Positions 1 through 14,272 of a stretch of DNA of 64,000 bases are shown in pieces (position 1 is the first letter of the stretch; each line of letters starts with the position of its first letter). Source of the stretch: Eledone cirrhosa (lineage: Eukaryota); the NCBI GenBank assembly GCA_964016885.1, contig OZ024742.1, positions 107,074,001 to 107,138,000 of the forward strand, read 5' to 3'. A program made the translations under genes and the position numbers. Below the pieces are notes generated by a model. It worked only from the letters and a program-made list of their open reading frames with translations. It ran no database searches and was not told where the DNA came from.

Positions 1-287
1 CTCAAGAAGGAACGTTAGAGAATTTTTTTAAAAAAGAATACTATGTCATCAACATCATTTAACATCCATTTTCTCTGTAATAGTTGGACTATGTATGTGC
101 AACTACCTAGAAAAGAATGTTATGTGATCGAACCTGTCTATGTGTAACTACTCTCAGGTCTTAAATAATCATGGCCATCCTTTATTAAATTTTGCTAATC
201 TATCTCTGGCGAAATTTTATTGTAAGTGATTCATATTGATACAGCAGCTGGAGAATCTAATAATTTTATTTTACATTAAAAAACATT

Positions 288-896
288 CATCATCATCATC
301 ATCATTTAACGTTAGCATGGGTTTAGACGGGAATTGTCCCATTTGAGGCAAGATTGGTTGTCTTGCTCGTATAGGACTGTCTGGCAAGTTTTCTATGGCT
401 GGATGCCTTTCCTAACACCAACCACGTTTACAGTGTGGACTGGGAGGTTTTTACCATGTTACCTACACGGCCATATTACAGCGTGGACTGTGTGTTTTTT
501 TTGTCGTGACACTTACACGACCTCATTTATTTAGGACTGGCTGTTGTGGTACCAATATAACTTTACAGAAAATTGGGTGGTGTTGATGGGGGTGGGGGTA
601 GGGATAGTGGGATGGGGGTGTATTTTTGATTAAGAGGTGCCTACTGACTGTAGGTTTTGCTTTGTACTTAGGCAAGGCGGGTCTTCTGTATTACTGCGTA
701 GTGCCAAAGATCTCAGTCCAGTGACATTGTCTTGGAGAGGTGTAAGTGTGTGAGGTCAGAATTTATCAAATCGTCCCAGGTTTTCCTGGGTCTGCCTACT
801 CCGTAGCTTCCATCAATTTTGATCGCCCTGCACTTTTTTATACAGCTATCGTCTTTCATGCGCATCACGTGACCATACCAACGTAGTCTTCTCTCG
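288..896 (-). mobile_element. RTE-clade LINE, 5'-truncated (ORF2 C-terminus, 3'UTR, (GAT)n tail)
   Basis: Minus strand reads ERRLRWYGHVMRMKDDSCIKKCRAIKIDGSYGVGRPRKTWDD, with the RLRWxGHVxR...GRPRKTW motif typical of RTE ORF2 ends. It terminates in a (GAT)n tail at about 288-304. Confidence 0.85.
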
Positions 897-2649
897 AGTA
901 AACATTATATATGACAAAAAAGAACATTACAAGAAATCCCATATTTACAAACATACACTATACAATTGCCGACCACCACCCCCACCGTTTATTTCACCCC
1001 ACCCCCACTTATAAGAATTTAAGCAAATGTCAACCACCACCCCACACCCCACCAATTATTTGGGACCTGAGAGTAGTTAAAGATTTTATTTTTTATGCTG
1101 CGTGAACAGTGGTTATGGCTTAACATCCTGTGGTGATTTAGCAAAAAATATATCTAAAAACAGATTTATCAATTCAAATGTTTGTAGTATTTTTATTAGT
1201 GGAGAGATCATTGTGAAATTTTGCATTGTTAGAGAAAAGACTTTATTTTTTAATGTGATCAAGTTATAATGCTGTTTTGTAATTTTTAAGATTGCTTAGT
1301 AATGTACTTTCATGTGGTATAGGATATTAAGAAGTAATACCAAAACAGATATATTATATATTATTATGAATTAGTCATACTAAAAAAATAGTATTAGTGT
1401 GCAACTATCATGTTTATCAATCTTAAAAGGAAAAACGAAATTTAAAGAAAAAAATCATTCTTGGGGAATGATCAAAAATGACAAATTCTTCAAAAGACTA
1501 TCTCAATTATTCCATCTCATATCATATCAACTAATTAACAAGATGAGATTCAAAGAGACACAGCCTGAATGCAAGATGCAGCATTCTTTAAAGTACATCA
1601 AAATAGGAGTTAGTCTAGACTTTAGTAAGTCATTCGCTCTCTTTCTTTTGATCATGAATTTCTTCAAATGGAATTTCTTCAAATGGAATTTGATACAAGA
1701 GATAAACAATGAAAAGCTGCTTTTCCTACTCAATTTGCTCAATACAGACTATTTTTATCAGTGTTTTATGCATATATTTAATCTATTTAAACATCATGAC
1801 CAAACTGTCATTAAACAAACTACTTTCTAGCAGATAGTCATCACACTAAGACAACACAGCCAGTTTATAGTCTAATCTAAAACTGAAGAGAGAGTTAAAA
1901 CCTGAATGTTATCAAAAATGGAGTGAACTGAGAGGAGTAAAGCAGTGACATCTAAATATCTGATAGCTCATGATTTGTCTACTGATAAATCTATAACATC
2001 TGTCAAAAACTCATCAAAATCACAAATATTTCAAAAGACCTGAATAAGTTTTGTGAGAGGGGAGCATGTGTGTGTATTTGAATGTGTGTGGCTATGCGTG
2101 TGTGAGAGAGACAAAGAGAAAAAGAGAGAGACTTAAAGTTTTGGTGGGACCATTCTTCCTTGCTGCTAAGAGAGCAGAACAAGTTATGGTTAGGGTTAGC
2201 TAACCATTTTAGGTGTCATGACATACTTGTAGCCGATGCCACAGATAACGACGATCTTGTTGTAAATCAAATACCAGAATCGCTATTCCAAGCATCAAAA
2301 TGTAATATCTATTCTGAAAATCTTCAATATCCACACATGCACATACATACACATTTCCTCATCTGTTTTCTATGGAATAATGAAAGAATTTCTACAACTT
2401 TGGAAATTTCATCAGAACTGTTTGAGAAAGAGAATATTGCACTATCACAACGAAGCAATGTTTTTAATATGACTGTTCAAACTTCTCATCTACACCACAA
2501 AATCTACTTCAATTAATCTTCCATGTGATGTGTTTGAAAAATGGAGGTAAAATAACAATCCTAGGACAACATAGCAACTGTGATATGAAGATAGATGGTC
2601 AATATAAATACTGACAAATAGATCAATAACTGATGATCTTTCCTGTTCA

Positions 2650-3130
2650 TCTTATATTCATAACATAGCAAATCATCACCCAAAAGGCTAGCTTATCTCT
2701 TCAGTGCCAAGAAATACTTCAGCTCCGAACAGTCACTGACTCTACAAAATGCAAGACCTACTATGGAATGCAGATCCTACATCTGGGACAGTGTTGCTGC
2801 TAATCACAGAATCATTGTAGACCATCCAGCTGATTGGCATAGACTCAATCACTAACACACTTTGAACTCTACTACCAACACAACTGTCTCTGTTTGGTCA
2901 GATCTACCAAGTTGCATATCACCTCTAGTCAAGCCAACCTGGTACATACATCTCTTCCGCTCAGTATCTCCTCTATTCCCACTCTGTATCTCCTCCATTA
3001 CAGACTAACCACTAAACCCAGACATATTTCAGAATGTTGACCTTCTGGAAACGCCTTCCTGTTCTTGTTTTTCCTGTCGACATTGACTTACAGATGTTCA
3101 AGATTAACATCAATCACATCAACTTTACCA
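2650..3130 (+). pseudogene. Decayed CR1/Zenon-type LINE reverse transcriptase C-terminal region
   Basis: Frameshifted translation LAYLFSAKKYFSSEQSLTL..RPTMECRSYIWDSVAA ... FWKRLPVLVFPVDIDLQMFKININHINF. This resembles the CR1-group pattern LYKAQxRPxMEYCSHxW ... LWNxLPxxVFP..FK. Confidence 0.7.
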
Positions 3131-5420
3131 GTTTTTCTGTCATACTGTACATAATCATATACAAGTCAAAGCAGTAGATAAGTCATACTCTCTTTGTGTT
3201 TATAATGTTTTTGGCTTCAGCCTTTGACCCATACAGAAGTCACGTTTCTTTGCTTCCGGTTGCATTTAAATAATAAACACACTTATCTGATAAAAATTCC
3301 AATTATTGCTAGTGCAGTTTAGCAAAGTCCTGGAACCGTATCATAGCAATGTGTTTCTATGATAAATGTGCGGAACAAACAGACCAACTGTTGGTTTTAA
3401 ATCACTATTCTTGATTGTCTGACATTATATACAGCATCTAATGGCCATCTGGCTGATAGAGAGAACTGCCCATATTTGTTTTGCACACATAGAAGACATG
3501 CTAGAATGATATACACAGTGGCTTCATAATTCAAACATCCTTATTAGTTCTCTGATGTCACGCTAGCTAATTTTTATTCATGATTCACAAACACTGATCA
3601 CAGCTGAAATGAGGAACTTTAGAGTAATATTACATTGACTTGTATCCACAGATGCAATGCTTTTGCTCTAATAGCTGTGCAAGGGACACCAATTCCATTC
3701 ATCTGTAATTCACATATACAAGTATATAAATCTATTTACAATTTCTTATATAAAGAAATAGTTTAGGACACTTTGTTTTTGGTATTATCACGAGTGTTTC
3801 CTTATTTCCAGCAGTCCCTTGCTAATTTTTCTGATACACAAAACACACACACTCACTCTCACACACACACACACAGCACAATTTACATCCTCTTCAACAT
3901 ATTCAATAACATAATACACATAACTTGATTTTTTTGCCTTCAGTGCTCGTGGTATAATTTTTTGTAAGGGTTTTCTTATATGTGGAACTTTTTCAACACT
4001 TTTGCCAACAAATATATGTGCATATACATATATATTTATTTTTACACAGAGAGAAAAAAAAGATAAATATGAGCAATACAACATTTGTATCATCACAGGC
4101 ACATTTGTTTTATAGAAAAATTGAATTCTCCATAAGTGGATGATGTGTTTGTTTTCACATATGACACCATCAAAATATGTTTGTTTACAACACTGATATT
4201 CATAAAGAATGCATCATGACATGATCAACCTGCCCCGCACATTCAATCTTTGTGTGTCTGGTTTATATGTGCATGAATGCACTATGGGTTTCAATCCCGA
4301 TATGGCACATATCTTTCTTTTGATAATGAACATATTCAACATCAGCTGCATTCACTTTACCAGTATGGCAGTGCAACAGTTTAAAGCCATGCACCCTCTT
4401 CCCCAACTCTTCCTAAAAATAAATTTCATTTTCCCTTTTTCTAATTCTCAAGTCTTATACCGTTTTGTGTGTGTTTACATGTGCATACATGCATACACTG
4501 CGGATTTCAAGTCCAGAGCAAGGTTCAGTAGTTAAGTCACAGTAAAGATATTACAACTTATCTATGAGTATGATTGGTAAACACAACCCTTCCTCTCAAT
4601 TAAACCATACAAGTAAAATAAAGTTCAATCCCCGACTATCAGTAACCAAGACAGTTTACATCTGACACACTCACCACTGGCCTATAAGAGAAGGATTAAA
4701 GGAAGCATGATAATCAATCTATGAAGAATGGTTGAACTATTTAATGCCAAATCAATAATTAATAACTTCACTGATATGTTTAGTCATATGCTCTGTCTAA
4801 GGCATACAATTTTATTATAATAGTATGTTGCATTGGCATGCAGTCCAACATGTCTCTAGAAGCAAAAATGTGAAGTTGTGACATTCATGCCTATCCCAAA
4901 GGCAGTTGATGCAAGATCAAACAGAAAAGATGACATGGCAGATAGATTACATTACTTAGTTTACATTTGTCTAGCCAAACTATTAACATGACCCCCACCA
5001 CACCCCATCCTTTCCTCTCATATACATACACATAGCTGTCAACAGTAAAAGAATACTAACTACTATGCTTTTCTACAGCTGGAAAAGAAAGGGAGAAAAA
5101 AACAAAAAGAATGAAGGAAAATAGGAAAGGGGGTTTAGAAGGAATAAAAAGGGGAAGAAAGGGAATGAATGAAGGAAGAGAACAGTAGTTAGGTGAAACA
5201 AAACTAGATTACCAAAAGCTGCTAAAACAACTTCCATATTTGAACAGAATACCTATGGAGAATGGGAGGAGAGATTGTGTGATATTCATCCATTTCTAAA
5301 GAACATCAACATTAGGAAGTGACTGCTATATATAGGAATGAATACTAAACCCAAATCCACTAAGAAATTCTCTTTCTTGCATTCTTCACCTACTACTACT
5401 CCGAAAATAATTCTAATAAT

Positions 5421-5609
5421 TGTTTCTACTTTTGGCACAAGGCCAGCAATTACCCAGTGTATTACTGGTACTTTATTTTATCAACTCCGTAAGGATGAAA
5501 GGCAAAGTTAACCTCGGCGGGATTTAAACTCAGAATGGCAAGGGCCGTAACTCTATGCGTCAAAGCATGGCGTCCGAGCCTCTACCGATACTGCCAATCC
5601 ACCGCCCTT
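5421..5609 (-). mobile_element. tRNA-derived SINE (family A), full length
   Basis: A box TGGCAGTATCGG, B-box-like GAGTTTAAATCCC and central GCCTTTCATCC...GATAAAAT domain. 15-bp TSD AATAATTCTAATAAT at 5406-5420 and 5610-5624. Confidence 0.9.
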
Positions 5610-5766
5610 AATAATTCTAATAATGATTTCTTAAAAATGTACAAATCTACAAATTTGCAATTGAATCTATTTCAGTATATGGTAATGGTAAAGGACCCTT
5701 AATTCCCAATGGAGTAGTAGTAGCCATCCAGACACATCACATGTCTTAGGCATTATAATCCTGACA

Positions 5767-5954
5767 AGGGCGGTGGATTGGCAGTATCGGTAGAGGGTCG
5801 GATGCCATGCTTTGAAGTATAGAGTTACGGCCCTTGCCATTCTGAGTTCAAATCCCGCTGAGGTTAACTTTGCTTTTCATCCTTATGGGGTTGATAAAAT
5901 AAATTACCAGTAATACACTGGATAATTGCTGGCCTTGTGCCAAAAGTAGAAACA
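5767..5954 (+). mobile_element. tRNA-derived SINE (family A), full length
   Basis: A box TGGCAGTATCGG and B box GAGTTCAAATCCC. 15-bp TSD ATTATAATCCTGACA at 5752-5766 and 5955-5969. Confidence 0.9.
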
Positions 5955-6059
5955 ATTATAATCCTGACAGAGCCCATTTTTCTCCAGGTATAACTAAACA
6001 CAGCTGATATCTTCTAGACGGACAAAGTGACAGACAAAGTGATAAAGAGAGATAAAAGA

Positions 6060-7660
6060 AGAATCAACCCTAGTTCTATACTGGTACTTTATATATCAAC
6101 CTTAAAAGGATGAAAGGCAAAGTTGACCTTGGCAGGATTTGAACACAGAGTGCATTGAGTTGGAACAAATGCCAGGACACTTTTAATCCCAACACCCTAA
6201 AGACTCAGCCAATTTACAAAATTAACCTGCATATGACTGGTACTTATTTTATCGATCCAAAATGATGGAAATCAAAGTTGAATATAAAGATATTTGAACA
6301 CAGAATGTAGAAAGTTGAAACTAAAATATTTATCCTATTTCTGCAGAATGGGCAGAGCAATGGACAAAATATTTTGTGGCATTTATTGATGTACCTTTAT
6401 GTCTTTAGTTCAAATCTCACTGAGAGCAATTTTTTCCTTTTATCCTTCTGGGGTGGATAAAATAAGTACTAGTGAAGTACTGAGCTCAGAATAATTGACT
6501 ATACCTTTCTCTTAAATGCTTTGTGCTATTTGGTAATGGACCTTTACGCTTCAACTTTCTTCACCTCCTCCTGGGCTCAATGAAATAAATGCTAGTCAAG
6601 TACTTGTGCCCTAATATCAATAATTTTCTTTAACATAGCATTTATTTCATTAAGCCCAGAAGAGGAAGAAAGTTGACTTTGCAAGAATTAGAATTCAAAG
6701 TGTAAAGAACCATTACTAAATACCACAAAGCATTAGGTTATATGCTCCAAGTCAATTCAATTTCCCCAGTATTCAACTGGTATATATTTTATTAACCCCA
6801 GAAGGATAACGACCAAAGTTGACCACAGCATGATTTTATTAAGAATGTACAAAACAATAATAATTGTTTCTATTTTAGGCACAAGGCCAGCAATTACCCA
6901 GTACATTACTGGTACTTTATGTTATCGACCCCGTAAGGATGAAAGGCAAAGTTAACCTCGACGGGATTTGAACTCAAACCGTAAAGGGATGTAACTATGC
7001 TAGAAAGCATGGCGTCCAACCCTCTACTGATACTGCCAATTCACCGCCCTCAAAACAATAATAATAATAAAGGTAAAAGTTTCTAATTTAGGCATAAGGC
7101 CAGCAATTTTAGGGGAAGGGAAAGTCAAATTAACCCCAATACTTAACTGGTTTTTTATTGATCCTGGAATGATAGAAGGCAACGTTGACCTCAGCAGGAT
7201 TTGAACTCGAAAGGTAAAGAAAGCTAGATATTGATTTCTAATTTAGGCACAAGACCATCAAATTTGAGGGAAAAGCAAAATTGATTAAATTAACCCCAGT
7301 ACTTGACTGGTAACTTTATTTTGTTGACCCTGGAAGGATGAAAGGCAAAGGAGTCCACAAGCAGGATTTGAACTCAGAATGTAAAGAACCAGAACAAATA
7401 CTGCAATGGCATTTTATTTGATGCTTAACCAATTCTGCCAACCCAGCACGCTTAATTCTTGCTAACATTGCAACAAGGCCAGCAATGTGGGGAAAGAAGA
7501 AAGCCGATTATATTGACCTCATGTAGTAGACTGGTACTTTATCAATGTCATAAGGGTGAAAAACAAAGCTGACCTCAGTGAGATTTGAACCTAGAATGTA
7601 ATGAGCTGGAGCTAAATATTGCAAAGCAAATGCTCTAACGATAATATTATCTGAAAACCT
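6060..7660. mobile_element. Dense cluster of SINE family A copies and fragments, mostly minus strand
   Basis: Repeated GGTACTTTATTTTATCGACCC...GGATGAAAGGCAAAGTTGACCT..GGATTTGAACTC blocks. A young copy at 6865-7050 has TSD CAAAACAATAATAAT (6850-6864 and 7051-7065). Confidence 0.85.
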
Positions 7661-7964
7661 TCTACCAACAATTGAACAACAACCAATAATATATAGTCGG
7701 TAATCAGCTTGAAATATAAAAGCAGTGTAAAATAAGCACAATTGTTAATGCCAGAGATATTCCAAAATATGAAAGACAAGTGTACAGACAAAAGATTATC
7801 AGTCACTAGAACATACAAAACATTGTTTATAGAGGACAAAATATTTTCATAGCTCTTACCATTTTACCATTGAAAACCTAGGAATTTCAAAACTTACCTA
7901 AAAATAGAAAGAAGAAAAAAAATATATATATATTTAATATCAATTTATATATGAAAATAAAGAA

Positions 7965-8208
7965 AAACATGTATACATAAATATAGAGAGGGAAAGGGAG
8001 GGTGGGTTATGCAAACCATTTAAGAGCAAAATACAGGTATACATATAAAGAGGGAGGAAGCATGATCCAAACCAAATTAAGAGCAAAATATAAGTATACA
8101 TACATATAAAGATGGAGGGGGGATTATGGAAAACAATTAAGAGCAAATTTCATGTATACATATATATAAAGAGAGAGGGAGGATTATGTAAACCAATTAA
8201 GAACAAAA
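7965..8208. repeat. Degenerate tandem repeat, ~60-bp unit x ~4
   Basis: Recurring TATACATATAAAGA..GGGAGGATTATG.AAACCAATTAAGAGCAAAA unit. Confidence 0.75.
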
Positions 8209-8389
8209 CACCAAACTGGAGATTTTATAGTGGATACAATAGAAGATATAATACAATATTATTGTAAATCAGAAAAAGCTTTGTTAAAGAAATATGTTTA
8301 AAATCGTTTTTTCTTTTTTTCTCACTAAAGATTTATTTGACGAATACGTGCAAAAAGAGTAAGGTGTGTGTGTGGGGGGGGGGGGGGTC

Positions 8390-8640
8390 TGTCAGTTTCG
8401 ATGATACGTATCCAATTGTTCGATCAACTGAACATTCAACTCAAGAATTAATGCTTAAGTGGTTGAGTGTTCCACAGAATCGTGTACCCTTAATGTAATA
8501 CCCAAGCTGCTGAATCAGAGTGACACAATACATGACAAGGCTGGATCTTTGAATTACAGGTACAATCCCACCAACAGGCTTCGACACTGTTTCCATCTGC
8601 CCAGTTTCCCCCACAAGACTTGGGTCAATCCAAGGCTAAC
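8390..8640 (-). mobile_element. Fragment of a further interspersed SINE-like repeat
   Basis: Similar blocks recur at about 24590-24790 and 54920-55170 (TGTACCTGTAATT..AAG..CCAGC.TTGT, TGTGGAA...TCA.CCACTT). Confidence 0.55.
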
Positions 8641-11600
8641 AGGTAAGAAGTGGGGTTGAAGAAGGAGTTAAAGATTGGAAAGGGACATAAAAAGCCATAA
8701 GTTAATACTGTAAAGTTTTTGTTGTCCAGCACTTTGCATTTTAGAAATTTATTATAACAATAATAATCTTTTTCTGTATTTGATATTTCAGTAATAGCTA
8801 TTGATTTCAACCCAAGTTCTTGACTGGTACATTATTTTATTGACTCGAGGAGAATGAAAGGCAAAGTTGACCTCAGCAACATTTGAACTCAGAATGTAAA
8901 GAGCCAAAACAAATGCCACAATGTCATTATACCCAATGCTCTACCAATTCTAAAAATCTGCTATCCTTTATAGTTATTGATAACTTAAGTACAAGGTGAG
9001 CATAGAGCTTACGTGATTGATTCTAGTACTTGATTGAAACTTCATTTTATCAACTCCAGGTGGATGAAAACAGCAAAATTTTAACTCAGAACATAATGAA
9101 GCATGCTAATATCATCATGATTTAATATCCATTTTCACTGCCAGCAAGAGTTAGACAGGTCACCACAGACCAACACAGTACTTAGTCAAAGCCACTGATT
9201 TTTCAGATGGGACTGAACCCATCTTGTTTACATATGTTCTTGCACTCTACTGAGTGAGAAACATCATGCAATCATGGCACCAGCACTAAGGAGGTTGTAA
9301 TGTCATTGACACAACTAATGAGTCCTCTCTATCCTTTGCATAATAATTTGTTGGATGAAGTCAAGGTCAACTAACTTGATGTTGACTATCACATATCCAT
9401 TATTTACAGTCAAGGGATCTGGTAGATAGATACTGATTAAGCTGGGACTAAGTTCATGTCTTCCAAGCAATCCCTACATTACTCAATACACAGACACACA
9501 TTATTCCCTCTCATTCAGTAATCAGTATCATTCAGTAATATACTAGGGTAGATTCAATTGGTGATATCAATTCCTGGCCTTGTGCCAAAGCTAGAAATCC
9601 ATATCAGACCACACTATTAAGGTCACTGTTTATTTAAAAGGAGGAGGTGGGTTGAAATGAAACTGTGCAAGCATGCACACATACAGACATATATGATAAA
9701 GAAACAGGATTCACTCTCATACTATTGAGGTGTCATCATAACTCAAGAAAACCTCACATGTGAAGTGTAAATTTCCTTTGAGGACAAATATTAGGTCAAC
9801 TGTACACAAGAAATAAAAGCGATAATACAAGTGAATGTTGAAACACCATTTTAAGTGCAGTATTATTAAACAAAATACTATTATGACTTAACTATAATAG
9901 GATAGAAATACTCTTGTCTGAGACAGTCGACTGAAATCTCTTAGATCCTACAGCAAAATATGACACAGCAAACATGATACGTTATTTCTATCTGTTCTAT
10001 TCACCAAGAGTTTTATCTACCCCTACACCATCTATTTATTGTAGCATGCAGAATTCTACAGCAGTTGTTTTATGGCTGACTGAACAAGAGAAAAACTAAA
10101 AGAAAATGAAAATTTAAACAAAAAGAAAAATGAAAACAGAATGTAAAGTTTCTTTTGCCTGATATTTAAAAGAAAGAAAGTAAATACAAAGCTTCTTAAA
10201 ACTAACAAGAAACATAGAAAAATAGAAAATGTTGGCTGTTTCAAAACAAACTAGTGACAGTGCAGGAATCTTATTAATTTTGCAGTGATGAAAATCTAAA
10301 GCTATAAAAACAAAATGGCCCCAGTGTCTAAAAGAGAGAATGTATTTGAACTAATACAAAAGAACATCACAATAGTATTGTGAAATGTCACAATGTCATG
10401 TTTTAAATCGTGTATATTTTAATTTTATTTCTCAATATGTTCTTATCTTGCATTATTTTTCATACTTTTCTGTTGCCTTTTATATCTACATAAATCTTAT
10501 ATTATTTTCAGATATTCCCACTACTTCTAGTAAATCATCATCACTGTTTAATGTCTAATTTCCAAGCTTGCATGTGTTAGGCAGGCTGTCATGTTATAAA
10601 ACTAGACAGGTTAGGTGACTACATTTTGCTTATATGCTCCATTTTGGGACTACGTGTTGCTGATTTGCTCCATTTTGGGCTTGGTTCCTACGACTGAATG
10701 CCCTTCGTAACACTAGCCACCTCACAAAGCGAACAGGGTGCTTTTGTCATGGAACCACTAGTACTGCTTTACAGTGTAAACTATGTGCTTTTTTTCATGG
10801 CACCACCACCTTTCAGAGTGAACCAAGTGCTTTTTATTGCAGCACCAGCACTACCATTTTATAAGTTGGACAGAGTGCATTTTATTGTGGCAAAGTTTTT
10901 GATATCATCATAACCAAATTAATTACTGTTTCTCTGAAAATGTATTAGCTAGATGGTAGCACAGAATAATCAATCACTACCTAACCTTAGTTCTTGTCAT
11001 TCATTTCTTTGAGTTACATCTAACAACAATCACATCACAAACCCTTTCTTTACCCCCATTTTTACTCTACATTATCTACAGAATCCAAAATTCTAAAAGA
11101 CGTGACAACCTCCCTAGTGCTGGTGCCACTATAAAATGCACGTAGTAGAGCACAAGAACATATGTAAGCTAGGTGTAGTCCCCCCACTCTGCCTATCTGA
11201 GAGGTCAGTGGTTCCACTTGAGTACTGACTCAGTCTGTAAAGACCTGTCAAACCCTTGCTAGCAAGAAGACAGGCATTAAATGGTAATTATGATGATGAC
11301 TACAACTGAGCATACCCATTGTAAAGTAGTTGGTGCCTCTCTTACATCTTTCAAACAATTCATATATTATTCAGTACACATTTTTTCCACACACACACAA
11401 CTTTTCTATTTAACAATTTCAAGTAATGTGTTCAGGTTATACATGTGGCTGATAAATAAAATCTATTATCAAGATTTTAGAAATTGGGTCATGTCTTGAT
11501 AAACTTTTTCATGTAAGTTATTATATTAAGTCCTGGAGACAAGCCCACACACACAGCTACATTATCATTGACAGTACGGAGTACACCCAAAGGAAAGCAA

Positions 11601-13598
11601 CCCTCTTTTCACAGGACACATAAAATAAAAAATACTTAATACATTCGATACCAAACCACCTGAAACCACCACTAGTTCTATGATAAAAAAACAGTTTGTT
11701 TTAAAGTGTTTATATTTAAATCTAAATCTTCCAACATAATCGTAGACTCCAAACACCAACTTAATAATGGTTTCTAACAGACACAAGGTCAATAATTGAT
11801 TCTAATGTCCAACCCTTGCTAGCAGGAAAAGCAAACAAAAAGATAATGATGATGTAGCCAGCTTTTCATGATGAGAGAGAAAAATCAGTTAAATCAACCC
11901 CAATACTTGACAGGTACAATATTTTAATGACCTCAGAAGGATAAAAGGCAACGTTGATCTTGGCAGGATTTGAACTCAGAAGTTAAAGAGCTATAACTAA
12001 ATACACATTTTATCCAGCACTCTAACAATTCTGCCAATAAACACCTGCTTAATAATGATTTATAATTTAGGCACAAGGCTAGAAAATTGGGGGGGGGGGG
12101 GGGGGGGTTAAGTGACTTCAGTACTTAACTGGTACTTTATTTTATCAACCCCAGAAGGGCAAAAGGGTAAAATTGACCTGAGCAGAATTTGAACACAGAA
12201 TGTAAAGACTTGGAACAAATTCTGCAAAGCAAGAGTTACAGGTCTATACATTCATACATTTACACCAAATATATGCAAGTTCCTACTGGTTGTCATTTAC
12301 CTCAACTTCCTCAGTAATAATAATTTGGCAACTATTGCAAGTCCCCTATCCATATTTGATAGAAAACAGATTTGGTAAGATGCAAACACCTTATTGTGTG
12401 ACAATATGAACCCCATTTCTAATGAAATACATTATCATTGTCACCATCAACGTTTTTATGTCCACTTTTTCATGTTGGCATGAATTGGACAGGATATTTC
12501 GAGGCAATGTTTAACAGCCAGATGCTCTTCCTACACAAACCCTTTAAATTGGTACTTACAACACATAGGGATACAGTATACTTATTCGAAAAAACCAGGT
12601 TACATATGGCAAGTATACACAAGCCACTATATTTTGATTAATTAATGAAGAATTTAGAGAGATTTACTAAAATTATTAATTATTTCATTATTAAGATGAT
12701 ATTTATAACATAATTTAACAAAAGTTTCTTTTATGAAATTATATTGGAAGATTTTTATTTAAATAGAAACTTTCAAATATGTGGTTTTGTTTCAAAGAAG
12801 CAAAGGCAAATATTTTTTGTTTTGTTTGGGGGAGGGTATCAAAAAGAGTTAAAGAGACAGGTAAGAACATTTTCTTTCCAAAGTCTTTATGTCAGCTCGG
12901 TAGACTGAGGCTAAAAGAAACAGCAACACAGCACAATTAGCAACACATCTCTAATCCAATTCATTCAATTCTATTTATTTGAATAACCAACTATTTAATG
13001 TGCAAACCAATATACATTTCACACACTGTATAGCAATGTTAATGGTTTCAATACAGGTAGGTATCAGAAAACCTTGCATCTTACTACAAAGTCCAGCATA
13101 AATTGGGGAAGGAGGGGGGGGGGGGGGGGGGGCTGCAGCATAATACTGTAATCCCAGTTTTCCATGTGCACATCCTGCATACAATCGATAACTAACATTT
13201 TTCCTCACTAATGGAACCCCTTGAAAAACAAAAACAAATGAGTGAATAAACAATTTTTTTATTTTTTTTTGCATGTCATAAAGAATATAATTAGACAATT
13301 AATCAATGTATTCTACTCCCCCATCCCATCCCTATACTGACAGCGTTTATGCAGGTAGACTTAAACTATCGATACTGAAGACTTAACTGTTCAATGGATT
13401 TTGTTTATTTGTTTTTATTTTTATTTTTGTTTGTTACATTTTTTTTTCCATCAAAAAGCAGTCAGTCATCCAGAAAAATGGTAGTGCTGCTTATTTCTCA
13501 ACTAAGTGAAGTGAAACATGCAGATTAGTAGTGTGGCTTGCATAAGAAATACAGAAAAAAAACCAATGGCTATGTCTGTGTCAGTTTTCTTCAGTATC

Positions 13599-13960
13599 TT
13601 AACGCTTTTGATATCAACCCAGCCAAAACTGACTCTGGTTCTATGAAACAAAACAAGCTATTTTAAAGGATTTCTATTTAAATCAAAATCTTCCAACATA
13701 ATGTTTATACAATAACCATATGTTAAGTTAGTATTTTAGTAATAAAATTAATTTCAGTAAACCCAGCCAAAACTGGCTCTGGTCCTATGAAACAAAACCA
13801 CCCAGTTAATAAGGTCCCTATTTTAATTCAAATCTTCCAACATAATTTATGTAAGAACCATATGTTAAATTACTATTTTAGTAATAAATAATTAATAATT
13901 TCTTCATTAATTAATTGAAATAGAACATATTTTATTAGAAATTTGGTCCTGAAAGGGTTA
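13599..13960 (+). mobile_element. piggyBac-type MITE with internal ~140-bp duplication
   Basis: Begins TTAACGCTTTT and ends AAAGGGTTAA. AACCCAGCCAAAACTG.CTCTGGT.CTATGAAACAAAAC occurs twice. Confidence 0.65.
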
Positions 13961-14187
13961 AAAAGTGAAAACTAGCACAAATTGAATAGCGATATTAACT
14001 ACTAAATGTTCTATATTCAGTAAGTTCTGATAACCCTTTCTTTACCAAATATTTAATGAAATACACTGCCTTTGTGTTACAGCATTTTATAATGAGCAGT
14101 TCTATATCATAAATGCAGGGCAGTTTCAGGTGGTTTGGTATCAAAAGGATTAAGTATAAGTGGAATGGTTTTATTGAAAAACTGCAG

Positions 14188-14272
14188 AGCAAAAAAAAAA
14201 AAAAAGATGGTGCGGGGGATGGAAAAGATCCAAGCAAAAAAAAAAAAAAAGATGGTGCGGGGGATGGAAAAA
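14188..14272. repeat. Local tandem duplication (~45 bp)
   Basis: AGC(A)nGATGGTGCGGGGGATGGAAAA occurs twice. It explains the KKKKKDGAGDGK ORF. Confidence 0.85.

Noticed and set aside
1399-1830. 143-aa ORF
   Set aside because: Non-ATG start, composition of AT-rich DNA, an internal 15-bp duplication, and no recognisable domain or splice context.
3300-3705. Possible minus-strand exon after TTACAG
   Set aside because: Stops in all frames and no recognisable protein motif.
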